Source: a candidate division WOR-3 bacterium (GTDB lineage: Bacteria; Hydrothermota; UBA3073). Taken from it: DNA of 64,000 nt. This document shows positions 27,829 through 37,393 of this stretch, piece by piece. The stretch lies in NCBI GenBank assembly GCA_030606335.1, contig JAUWGP010000001.1, forward strand, positions 30,792 through 94,791. Reading direction: 5' to 3'. The position numbers and the translations under genes are program-made. Every line of letters begins with the position of its first letter. Within the stretch, counting starts at the first letter, position 1. The notes under the pieces were generated by a model. The model had not been told where the DNA came from and did no database searches. It saw nothing but the letters and a program-made list of their open reading frames with translations.

Positions 27829-28827
27829 TTACCACCCCATTTCCAAACTGAATCTGTGAACACCACCGAGCCGTCCAAAATCTGCAAGGGCATATCCTAC
27901 TTGAAATTTTCCTTCACCAACACATAAACCCGCACCAAAAGATAGTCCTTCTTCATCACCTGAAAATCTATATCCACTTCTCAAAGATATACCCATAAAC
28001 TCATACTCAATCCCGGTTGTTACCCACTCCCTGTTGTCATTTGAATGATTTGCATCAACAAGGAGAGTTAACCTCTGCATATCACTCCTTACAAAGTATG
28101 ATTTCTTACCAATTATATCCATTGCTGAGCCTACCCTGAAGTGTAGAGGAAGATTCCAGGAAGATGTCTCAAGAACAGCAGATACATCAGGGTTTCCACT
28201 GATATCAGGTGCGATGTCTCCTGTGGTCAATAGGTCTCTTCCCTCGAGTCTCATACTACCACCAAAATTGGACATACACATTCCAACACGTATCCCCATT
28301 ATATCAGTCTCAAGCTGACTGCCTATGTCAAAGGCAATCGTAGCAGCCGTTTCATTCCAGGCGCTTTCCTGAACATACTTTATTGTTAGACCCGCACAGA
28401 AACGATCAGTGAGATACCTTGCATAAGAGAGACCCACCGAGGCACAACCATAACTGAATTTAACACCCGTACCCTCAGGTTCCTCTGGTGTGGTTACCTC
28501 CATCTCCCCGGAGTTTAGAAATACTGCAGAGAGACCAATACGACCCCGACCAATCGGCATAACAAATCCAATAAACTCGTGTGAGATGTCAGCAAATAAA
28601 CTTGTATAACTCCCCATAAGTGCGGTATTCTGCACCCGAACTATCCCTGCAGGATTCCAATAAAGAGAGGAAACATCGTTTGCCAGAGCAACGTAACTGC
28701 CAGACATCGCCGTAGCCCTTGTCCCAACTCCTATCTTTAAAAACTGGGCTGCAGATGAACCTACCTTATCAAACCCGTAGGTTGAAACAGTAATGAAGAG
28801 CAATATGGCAATGAATAATTTTCTCAT
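27829..28827 (-). CDS. PorV/PorQ-family outer-membrane beta-barrel
   Basis: FLKIGVGTRATAMSG, SLYWNPAG, FDIG, HRFSLEMGW. Confidence 0.87.
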   Translation of the reverse strand: MRKLFIAILLFITVSTYGFDKVGSSAAQFLKIGVGTRATAMSGSYVALANDVSSLYWNPAGIVRVQNTALMGSYTSLFADISHEFIGFVMPIGRGRIGLSAVFLNSGEMEVTTPEEPEGTGVKFSYGCASVGLSYARYLTDRFCAGLTIKYVQESAWNETAATIAFDIGSQLETDIMGIRVGMCMSNFGGSMRLEGRDLLTTGDIAPDISGNPDVSAVLETSSWNLPLHFRVGSAMDIIGKKSYFVRSDMQRLTLLVDANHSNDNREWVTTGIEYEFMGISLRSGYRFSGDEEGLSFGAGLCVGEGKFQVGYALADFGRLGGVHRFSLEMGW

Positions 28828-29143
28828 ACTAAAGTCTATCCAAATAATGTGTCTACAACACAGAAATCAATGACATAAATTATCACTTATCGGTAATCAG
28901 TAACTTCCAGAGCACATCAGGATACCGGTAAATCAGTAGGTAGGGTATCAGATTATCTGCATATCAGAACCTGATGCTCTGGTCTGCTGATATTCTTCCT
29001 ACTGATATACTGATTGGCTGATACACTTAATCTTTTTGTGCACCTCAAATGCTACCTCCATAATGTTGTAGGACAACTCTTTATGTACAATTCTATTATC
29101 TATTTGTGTAGATTCGTTTATTCGTGTCATTTGTGTTCTAAGT

Positions 29144-31951
29144 CTATTTTATCACCACAAACTTACCTATATACTTCTGACCCTTTGGTGTTTCTACAAC
29201 ATATACATAGAGACCATACGACACCTCAACACCGCTTTCGTTCCGCATATCCCAGAACTCGTATCCAGTTTCTTTACTATTATGGCTTACTGTAGCAACA
29301 ATATCGCCGCTCACAGTATATATTCTTATATTACACTCCTCAGGCAGGTTTGTAAACTGCAATTTCTTCTCATACCAAACCTTTTCCCACTCAGCAGAAA
29401 CTATATATGGATTTGGTACAACCTTGATGCCTTCAATACCTATATCTTCAATCTCAGCTTCCTCTGTACTAAATATATACTTAATTTTGCTCGAGAAAGG
29501 CTTATCTGTAATAATTGTATACTCATCACTATTAGACGGTGGAATTGCATCCTCAGGTCCATTTTGAGTCCTTATATACACAGCAGAGAAATCCACAGTA
29601 TCCTTATCTTCAATATAGTAATAGTAGAAGCCAAGCTCATCAGGGAACCAATCGCCATAACCTTCATTCGGATTCCATCCTGCTCCACCAGGAATGAGGT
29701 CCCAGCCAGCAGGACCAAAATAGAGAGAATCATTTGGAATAAATATATTATCGTAACGGAAATCTACGAAAACTACTTCACTTGCAGGTAGTGGGTTAAG
29801 AGAATCTGTAACTATCTCTACATATATTGGTAGATTTATGCTGTCTTGATTTATACTATCAGGATATGGTCCAAAGAAGCTGTAAATGTCTGCCCAGGTA
29901 CCCAATCCATCTGTATCTATTGTAATTCTAAAGTCATCTGCTCCATGGACGTAACAGGGGTCAACCCTTGGTCCGGGCTCTCTATCCTCAATAAACCAGT
30001 CAAAGGTACTTGTATCTCCAAACACCTTTGTCCAGCCAATAGTCTTGAATCTTGGCCCAACATCCATTAATGTAAGTCTAAATCCATCCACGACAGGAAT
30101 ATTATCCAGAGAGCTGTCTGAGAGATATTGATTATAAAATAGTGTGCAGGGGGGAGATGTGGAGATATCTACAAGATTGAATGTTGTGATATATGTGGTA
30201 TCATCATATGGAACTCTATCATTAAAGGAAATCTCGTATGTATGACCTGTAATAACATTCGGGTCAATCATACTGATAAGAGCAAGACCATCGCATATAC
30301 CAGAGACATGATGGAGTGTATCACCCCCTATTATCTCTCCGGGATTAAATCCCGAAGGAGGTACACCTGGAATGACAGAGACAACATTTGGAGAGCTGGG
30401 TCTGCCCTTTGGTGATTCATAGGATTGCTCCAGCGAGTCAGGATTCTGATTTCCTTGGTCGTATGCCGTAACACAGTACCAGTATTCAACGCCATTTATA
30501 ACATTAGTGTCTATAAAGGTATGGCGTAACCCCGTATCCTCTCCAAGGGACTGCGGAAAGGCAGGGTCTCTTCCCTTTATCCCATCCTTCAGGTCAAATA
30601 TTACTTGAGGAACAAAACCTACTATCCTTCCGTATTCATCAGTTACAGTCTCGCCCCAGGTCATCCCCCCATCAGTACTTTTATATACCTTATAACCCTC
30701 AAAATCTTCTAATCCTGTACGTGGGTCAATACTGCTCTCAGAGGGCTCAGCCTCCCAGTAAAGGGTAACCTTTCTATTTCCAGCAACAGAGTTTACAATA
30801 GGCGATGAAGGTGGTCCTGAACCAAGATAATCTCTCTCAGCCATTAATCTTGCCTCAGATAGATTTGTAAAAAGGTCTGACGAATCAAAACCTGCTGTAA
30901 CTACAATAGCAGAATGGATGGTGTCACCAGGAAGGAAATCAAAGGCTCCTGTAGATATAATGAAGTTCCATGCCCTTAGACTATCATAGGGAATCTCTCC
31001 TATAAGGTCAGTATTATCTATCCTTACATCATCACCATGGAAGTAATAAGATGGCTCTATATCTGGACAAGACGTGTCTGATGATACTACAGGCCACAAC
31101 TGCTCATCGGTGAGCGGCTTATAGGTTCTGTCGAAATAATGAAAATCAGTAACTCCCATATCATAAGGCGTCTTCAGGATACATACACCAATCATCCCCA
31201 TGGTTTCCCAGGGTTCATGAGGAATTCCATCTCCATCCTCGTAGTATATGAAGTCACCCTCACAAAAATATAGATAATCCTTGAAATCATAATCCGGACG
31301 AAATGCGCCATGGTATCCCCAGTACATATTGTGTATCGTGGAATCTGAGGTATTTATTATCTCAAGGTCAAAAAATATAAAGTCCTCTGCATAAGCTCTG
31401 CCAAATGAATATGTAGTCTGCCTGACTAAAATACCCAGGGGACCTTTGGGGTTATATGTATCATTGAATATACAAAAGGCATCCCTTTCTGATACAAACT
31501 CTCCTGGAATCTCCTCTCCTGTCTCAGGGTCCTTTCTAAACCTACCAGGCCAAAACCTTTCTCCAAATTCATCCCTTGGCCAGGTAGTGTCCGCATCACT
31601 TATAGCCATAATGGGCATCCCATCAGGTGTTTCGAGGTCACCCGAAAACAGGTCACCAAGAGAACCATCCTTTGCCTCCCAATCGAAATATGTTCTTGAT
31701 ATGAATGATTCTATTACATTATCCTGTACAGCGGCAAAGGGTCCCAGACCAAAGCAGTACTGCTGCTCAAACACTGCCCAGGATGGCCAGTGCATTGATG
31801 GTGCATAAAAATGGAATTCAGAAAAGAGTCCAAAGTTACTCGTGGTGGTAGAAAGTTCCCCCATATCCAGGATTGCTATAGCCCTGTCTTCTTTACCTGC
31901 ATACAAAGATAGTGCTGCAAGTGTAAGTATAATACTACATACTCTCTTCAT
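29144..31951 (-). CDS. Large secreted protein with Fn3-like region and atypical T9SS/FlgD-like C-terminal domain
   Basis: Likely start MKRVCSII; FEGYKVYKS, NGVEYWYCVTAYD; VVPNPY..KLQFTNLP..WDM..GLYVYVV..GKFVVIK; paralog of 5528-8764. Confidence 0.75.
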   Translation of the reverse strand: MKRVCSIILTLAALSLYAGKEDRAIAILDMGELSTTTSNFGLFSEFHFYAPSMHWPSWAVFEQQYCFGLGPFAAVQDNVIESFISRTYFDWEAKDGSLGDLFSGDLETPDGMPIMAISDADTTWPRDEFGERFWPGRFRKDPETGEEIPGEFVSERDAFCIFNDTYNPKGPLGILVRQTTYSFGRAYAEDFIFFDLEIINTSDSTIHNMYWGYHGAFRPDYDFKDYLYFCEGDFIYYEDGDGIPHEPWETMGMIGVCILKTPYDMGVTDFHYFDRTYKPLTDEQLWPVVSSDTSCPDIEPSYYFHGDDVRIDNTDLIGEIPYDSLRAWNFIISTGAFDFLPGDTIHSAIVVTAGFDSSDLFTNLSEARLMAERDYLGSGPPSSPIVNSVAGNRKVTLYWEAEPSESSIDPRTGLEDFEGYKVYKSTDGGMTWGETVTDEYGRIVGFVPQVIFDLKDGIKGRDPAFPQSLGEDTGLRHTFIDTNVINGVEYWYCVTAYDQGNQNPDSLEQSYESPKGRPSSPNVVSVIPGVPPSGFNPGEIIGGDTLHHVSGICDGLALISMIDPNVITGHTYEISFNDRVPYDDTTYITTFNLVDISTSPPCTLFYNQYLSDSSLDNIPVVDGFRLTLMDVGPRFKTIGWTKVFGDTSTFDWFIEDREPGPRVDPCYVHGADDFRITIDTDGLGTWADIYSFFGPYPDSINQDSINLPIYVEIVTDSLNPLPASEVVFVDFRYDNIFIPNDSLYFGPAGWDLIPGGAGWNPNEGYGDWFPDELGFYYYYIEDKDTVDFSAVYIRTQNGPEDAIPPSNSDEYTIITDKPFSSKIKYIFSTEEAEIEDIGIEGIKVVPNPYIVSAEWEKVWYEKKLQFTNLPEECNIRIYTVSGDIVATVSHNSKETGYEFWDMRNESGVEVSYGLYVYVVETPKGQKYIGKFVVIK

Positions 31952-31958
31952 AATTATC

Positions 31959-34490
31959 TTACCAGAAAAGCTTAAAACCACATCTTACCTCTCTACGTTT
32001 GCCTACATTACGGGGGTCATATACAGCATCAGGTGATGTGCCAAGACCTCCCCAACCTGGATCCCAGGGGTCTCCTGTCCTTGAATACACATAAAGTGGA
32101 TTTAAATGGTCAAGTAAATTTGTACCCTCTATAAACAAACGGGATGATATCCCTTTGAAAATTAGCATCTCCTTTTCAACCCTGAGGTTAACCTCAGATG
32201 TCCACGCCATCCTAGCAGAATTTTGCTCAACGTACAATCCCGGTCCTACATAGGGAGTGTATGGAAGACCACTTGATGCCTCTATAAGCAGATTGAAGCT
32301 TGTGTTTGCCAGCCACCTTATACGATAAGATTCTGGATATTCAATGCTCAAAGAAAAGGCAATATCATGGGTTCTGTCAAAACCAAGATAATACTCAGTC
32401 ATAGCCTCAGGTCGTCCGGTATATGCATTCCAGAATCCCTCCATTGGTGATGAACGGTTACCCCTTGCTACAGAGAATGTATAGTTAAAGGATGTATAAA
32501 TGATATCAACAATTCTTCCCTTAAGAGTCAGATCAATTCCCTTGGAATTCCCATAATCTTCATTATCATAAACAAAATAATCTATACCAGACCAACGAAT
32601 AGACCTTGTGGTCACCATATTTGTCATATCTTTATAGAATGCGGTAATGTAAAAGGCAAAAGACTCGCTAAGTTTTTGCTGCAGTCCAACCTCATAGGCA
32701 ACTGTCTTCTGTGCCTCTATACTGGGGTTTCCTATTATTACATTGTTTATGAGAGAATCGGGGTCAAGATAGTGTAGATTCGTATACTGACAGTAATAAG
32801 ATGGATTCTGAAAGAAGTGTCCATAGGCAAAATGGAGTACAGTCCTATCTGTTACAGGATGTGCAAGCCCAATTCTGGGACTAAACTGCATCTTTTTATC
32901 CACTCTTACAACCTCTGATTCCGGGTCTCTTATATCACTCCACATATCCGTTCTTGGGTCTGCATAATCAAACCTGATACCTGCATTGAGCACCATATAG
33001 TCATACTCCATCTTATCCTGGAGATATGCCGCAGCCTCAACAGGATAGTGCTGAAATTCCTGAAACTGATAGGGACCACCAACAACCATGCGACTCATCT
33101 GGTGCAGGTAAAGGTCACATCTCTTTACCTCAACACCTGCCTTAAATTGATGTCTGTTGTTTAATTGTATTGTCAAACTACTGTTTAAAGAGATACTACC
33201 TGTCTTTGAATCACGATAGAGGGGATAGTCTCCACCACCCTCAGTATAAAACTCAAGATCAGTTGCAATACCCGCCTCATAATCCTCTGGTTCTTTGTCG
33301 TCAACTCTTAACAGATTGTCTCTGCTGAAATTACTAAATCCTAAACTATAAAAAACCCTTTCATTGGGTGCGTATCTTATAGAAATTGCCTCTCTATGCA
33401 TAAATCTTTTTCCCCGGGGATAATGGTCGTATCTATATTTCCACGAATGGCTGTAGTTTTGATAATAATTATCCCCTCCCTGTATTGAAAGAAATATATT
33501 AAAATTTTCTAAACGTGTGGTAATTTTTGCAATAATGTTCCGCTCGAGCGAATATCCAAAAGGAAGATAGCTATTTTCAGCAATATACTTACCAGCTGTG
33601 AAAAGGGTTGTATTACGAAGACCAGGAATACCGCTACTCAAATACCCCTCAAAACTCCCAGGGGCTACAACATCATAATAATCTCTTAAATCCTGCCTTA
33701 TATATTCATATTTGTCCTCTACTTCGTACTCTGCAAAGGCATTCTCTTTTCTGTACTGAAAACCCGCGATGTTTATACTACTATATCCTATATCACCATT
33801 AAATTTTGCCTCCCCGCTCTTCGTAACTATGTTTACAACACCAGACATCGCATCACCGTATTCTGCATTGAAGGTGCCAGATAACAAAACCATCTCTGAT
33901 ATTGAACTGCTTGGCAAAAATGATTTAAAACCCCCAAAGAGTGGGTCCCTCACAGACATACCATCTATCATATATGCAAGCTCTCCTGAACGTCCTCCCC
34001 TTACATGTATCTCCTGTCCTGAACCAAGGGTTACACCAGCTTGTGATGCAAGAATTTCGGAAATAGTGTGGAGTGGTCCTTTCTCTATTTCTTTATCTGT
34101 AATAACTGATATCTTTGAGGTGCGGTCAAACTCAATAAGAGGTCTTTCGCCAATTACGATTACCTCCTTACCAATATCCAGGATTGTGGGATTTAGACTG
34201 AAATTGAGGGGAGTTGTTCTATCACTCACAATGAGTGCTCCTTCTTGAATTACGACCTGGAATCCCATCATTTCTGCCTTTACATCATAATAGCCTGGTG
34301 GAATTCCTAATATAAAGTAATATCCATCTTCATCGGTCACCCCCCCAAGATTGGCATCGATGAGATAAACATTCACAAAGGGAAGAGGTTCTCCTGTCTC
34401 AGTATTCACTACCCTTCCGGCTATCTTTCCGGTAGTGCCTGCAAGAAGTAAGGTTGGTAGAAAAATTATATAACATATTATTTTTCTCAT
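31959..34490 (-). CDS. TonB-dependent receptor with N-terminal carboxypeptidase-regulatory-like domain
   Basis: GTTGKIAGRV..TGEPLP, HVRGGR, SGTFNAEYGDAMSGVVNIVT, NAGIRFDY, FSPRIG; terminal aromatic residue. Confidence 0.9.
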   Translation of the reverse strand: MRKIICYIIFLPTLLLAGTTGKIAGRVVNTETGEPLPFVNVYLIDANLGGVTDEDGYYFILGIPPGYYDVKAEMMGFQVVIQEGALIVSDRTTPLNFSLNPTILDIGKEVIVIGERPLIEFDRTSKISVITDKEIEKGPLHTISEILASQAGVTLGSGQEIHVRGGRSGELAYMIDGMSVRDPLFGGFKSFLPSSSISEMVLLSGTFNAEYGDAMSGVVNIVTKSGEAKFNGDIGYSSINIAGFQYRKENAFAEYEVEDKYEYIRQDLRDYYDVVAPGSFEGYLSSGIPGLRNTTLFTAGKYIAENSYLPFGYSLERNIIAKITTRLENFNIFLSIQGGDNYYQNYSHSWKYRYDHYPRGKRFMHREAISIRYAPNERVFYSLGFSNFSRDNLLRVDDKEPEDYEAGIATDLEFYTEGGGDYPLYRDSKTGSISLNSSLTIQLNNRHQFKAGVEVKRCDLYLHQMSRMVVGGPYQFQEFQHYPVEAAAYLQDKMEYDYMVLNAGIRFDYADPRTDMWSDIRDPESEVVRVDKKMQFSPRIGLAHPVTDRTVLHFAYGHFFQNPSYYCQYTNLHYLDPDSLINNVIIGNPSIEAQKTVAYEVGLQQKLSESFAFYITAFYKDMTNMVTTRSIRWSGIDYFVYDNEDYGNSKGIDLTLKGRIVDIIYTSFNYTFSVARGNRSSPMEGFWNAYTGRPEAMTEYYLGFDRTHDIAFSLSIEYPESYRIRWLANTSFNLLIEASSGLPYTPYVGPGLYVEQNSARMAWTSEVNLRVEKEMLIFKGISSRLFIEGTNLLDHLNPLYVYSRTGDPWDPGWGGLGTSPDAVYDPRNVGKRREVRCGFKLFW

Positions 34491-34497
34491 ACTATAA

Positions 34498-34526
34498 ATA
34501 ATACCATAGAATAACTATTTTGTCAA
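34498..34526 (-). promoter_or_regulatory. Sigma70-type promoter for TBDR module 2 (probably leaderless)
   Basis: TTGACA-N17-TATTAT with TG extension; -10 ends 7 nt before ATG 34490. Confidence 0.6.
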
Positions 34527-34616
34527 GTTTTTTTTGGGAGAATTCTGAAAAAGGATTCAAATATCATCTTTATTACTTATTTACTTTCGCTCTTCGATTA
34601 TTTTTGTATTTTTTAC

Positions 34617-34645
34617 TTGACTTTTCATGATTTTTGTATTATATT
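34617..34645 (+). promoter_or_regulatory. Sigma70-type promoter for accessory island
   Basis: TTGACT-N17-TATATT, divergent from the module 2 promoter. Confidence 0.5.
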
Positions 34646-34897
34646 ATTTATGTATCCAACAATAAACATAAAGGAGAAATTATAGAACTTAATGCTCAAA
34701 ACCTCAATTGATTTAATATATCTCTTATTTCCTGTTCTTGCACAGCATTCATACATCCCCTCTTAGGTGGAACTCAAACTGAATTTAAAAAACTACAAAA
34801 TATCATTATTGCCTGAAATATAAATCTATATTGGCTTTTAAGTGGGTATAGTAATGACCCTCAGGAGAGAGGGTATAGAGAGGGTATTCAAGAAAAG

Positions 34898-35122
34898 TTG
34901 ATGGTAAGAGAGGGTATGGAGGGTTATTTTACGAAAGATAAAATTGAATTATTAAAATTCCTTAAAAAAGAGGGTATAACCTCAATGAAAGAACTCAAGG
35001 AGTTGGTCAATAAAATCAAACCACTTAAAGACGCACTGGCTATTGACGAAATTGCTAAAGCTTATAAAACCCTAATAACCGCTCTCAACAAATTCCACTC
35101 CAACCTAAAACTTGATAAATAA
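34898..35122 (+). CDS. Hypothetical protein, possibly the C-terminal part of a decayed XRE/CI-like regulator
   Basis: In-frame upstream sequence reads *NINLYWLLSG, resembling the end of an XRE HTH. Confidence 0.35.
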   Translation: MMVREGMEGYFTKDKIELLKFLKKEGITSMKELKELVNKIKPLKDALAIDEIAKAYKTLITALNKFHSNLKLDK

Positions 35123-35213
35123 TCGTTTTGAATACATCACATATTATAATATTAATTATTGCTGTATGGGGTGCTTTTTGGTCTACAATTGAGAAAATAA
35201 AAAAGATATAGTT

Positions 35214-36023
35214 ATGGCTAGGACAATAGAGGAAAATATTCAGGTCATTCTTAAAAGCCTTGTTGAACGTTCACGCCATAAAAGTACAGGGGAAGTAAGT
35301 TGGGAGAGACATACATTAGCAAGGAAAACAAGATTGAGCAATTCTGAGATGAGTGATGCTCTCACTTTTTTGAAGGAAGAAGGATTGGTTAAAGTTGTAT
35401 ACTTTTTGGGAGACAATTTCGTAGTAACATTAACACCGAAAGGTAAATTAGAGTTTGAACGTACACAAGAAAAAATAGCGGAACAGGAATTAGATTCATC
35501 AGTAGAGGAAAGGAAGTTTTCTTCAAAGATAATTATTATTGCGCTAATGGTTGTTGGTATTATTGTTCCTATTATTTTCGGGATAGTACAGTGTCAAAAA
35601 AAATCTAAAATGGTGCTATCGATTCAAGGGGATAAAAATATTCAAATAATAGGTAATGGTAACTATGTTGACAATCGTATATACTATATTAAAAATGAGC
35701 ATAAACCAGAATTGGTATATTCATTTTCTGAAATAGAACAATCTGTAGATGGAAAATATATAAAAAAATTAAATATAGAAGTCAGTAGTAATATTCCAGT
35801 ATATAACCCGAAAATTTATCTGAAATTTAATAAAGTTATTCAAAAAGTCGATTTGAATTATTCTGGTGTTCTATTTTACGAAAAAATCTGTGGTGAATCA
35901 AATAGTAATGAATACTCATATACTACAAGGGAGTTTGTTCCAGGTCCAAAAATACAGTTTGTCTTCTCTAATGATACTGAATTTAATATTATAGATTTCA
36001 AAATATGGGTAGAGAAAGAATAA
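35214..36023 (+). CDS. Hypothetical bitopic protein: N-terminal winged-helix-like domain, TM helix, beta-rich C-terminal domain
   Basis: LARKTRLSNSEMSDALTFLKEEGLV..LTPKG; hydrophobic IIIIALMVVGIIVPIIFGIV. Confidence 0.6.
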   Translation: MARTIEENIQVILKSLVERSRHKSTGEVSWERHTLARKTRLSNSEMSDALTFLKEEGLVKVVYFLGDNFVVTLTPKGKLEFERTQEKIAEQELDSSVEERKFSSKIIIIALMVVGIIVPIIFGIVQCQKKSKMVLSIQGDKNIQIIGNGNYVDNRIYYIKNEHKPELVYSFSEIEQSVDGKYIKKLNIEVSSNIPVYNPKIYLKFNKVIQKVDLNYSGVLFYEKICGESNSNEYSYTTREFVPGPKIQFVFSNDTEFNIIDFKIWVEKE

Positions 36024-36106
36024 AGCTCCCATCACTCTCAAGAATATCGTGATATAAAAAATAAAATGAACTATCTTGGAGATCTATTGTCAATTCACAA
36101 TATAAA

Positions 36107-37339
36107 ATGAAAAATGTTCTTTATTGCGGTGATAATCTTGAGGTTTTGAGAAAAGAAATTTCGGAAGAAAGTGTAGATTTAATCTATATCGACCCACCAT
36201 TCTTCTCCCATAAACATTATGAGGTGATTTGGAAAGACGAGGCAGAGATTAGAAGTTTTGAAGACAGATGGGAGGGAGGTATAGAAAATTACATTGCTTG
36301 GATGAGACCAAGAGTTGTAGAAATGCATAAAACCTTAAAACCAACTGGTAGTTTTTATTTACATTGCGATTGGCATGCCAATGCTCATCTAAGAATTATG
36401 TTAGATGAGATATTTGGAGAGAAGAATTTTAGAAATGAAATTATCTGGCATTATGATATAGGAACAGCTCCCAAAAAGGATTTAAAACGAAGGCATGATA
36501 CAATTCTCAGATATTCAAAAACAAAAGATTATATTTACAATGAACAACGAATTCCACCACTTAACCCAGTCAGATATAACATAAAGGAACCAGATGGTAG
36601 AAGATATTTTACTAGAGGAGATTCTGGGAAAAAATGCTATCTAAATGAAGGTGTATCTCCTGATGATGTATGGACATTTATTAGAGAAAAATCTTTAAGA
36701 ACTTTAAATTCAATGGCAAAAGAGCGTCTTGGTTATCCTACTCAAAAACCCGAAACTCTTTTAGATAAAATTATAAATATATCTTCAAATGAAGGAGATG
36801 TCATTTTGGATGCTTTTTGTGGGTGTGGGACTACAATGGCAGTTGCATACAAATTAAGAAGAAAATGGATAGGTATTGATATATCTCCTACAGCCATAAA
36901 ATTAGTAGAAAAAAGATTAAAAGATATAGGTGCCTACAGAAACGAGCATTATAAAACAATTGGATTACCTACTTCTGAAAAAGAATTAAGGGAATTAAAA
37001 CCATTTGAATTTCAGAATTGGGTTTTAGATGAAATAGGAGGAAGGGTAAGTAGAAAGAAAGTAGGAGACATGGGATTAAATGGTCACTTAATAAAAACTC
37101 TATGGCATGAGAAAGCAGGAATCCAAGTAAAACAGTCCGATAGAGTAGGCAGGAATGTTGTTGACAACTTTGAAACAGCTTTAAGAAGAGATAAATACCA
37201 AAAAGGTTATATTGTAGCTTTTAGTTTCACCAAAGGAGCTTATGAGGAAGTAGCCAGAGTAAAGAATAAAGGTGAATTGGAGATCACACTTATAACTATC
37301 AAGGAATTATTAGATAAACGCAAAACTTTACTTACGTGA
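36107..37339 (+). CDS. N6A/N4C DNA methyltransferase (beta class) fused to Mrr-like endonuclease domain
   Basis: LIYIDPPF, YPTQKP, DAFCGCGTT; C-terminal PFEFQNWV..GDMGLNG..IQVKQS. Confidence 0.9.
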   Translation: MKNVLYCGDNLEVLRKEISEESVDLIYIDPPFFSHKHYEVIWKDEAEIRSFEDRWEGGIENYIAWMRPRVVEMHKTLKPTGSFYLHCDWHANAHLRIMLDEIFGEKNFRNEIIWHYDIGTAPKKDLKRRHDTILRYSKTKDYIYNEQRIPPLNPVRYNIKEPDGRRYFTRGDSGKKCYLNEGVSPDDVWTFIREKSLRTLNSMAKERLGYPTQKPETLLDKIINISSNEGDVILDAFCGCGTTMAVAYKLRRKWIGIDISPTAIKLVEKRLKDIGAYRNEHYKTIGLPTSEKELRELKPFEFQNWVLDEIGGRVSRKKVGDMGLNGHLIKTLWHEKAGIQVKQSDRVGRNVVDNFETALRRDKYQKGYIVAFSFTKGAYEEVARVKNKGELEITLITIKELLDKRKTLLT

Positions 37340-37393
37340 CACAAAAACGTTTTATATAGTTATTATTAAAAATATTTTATAACATACAAATTC

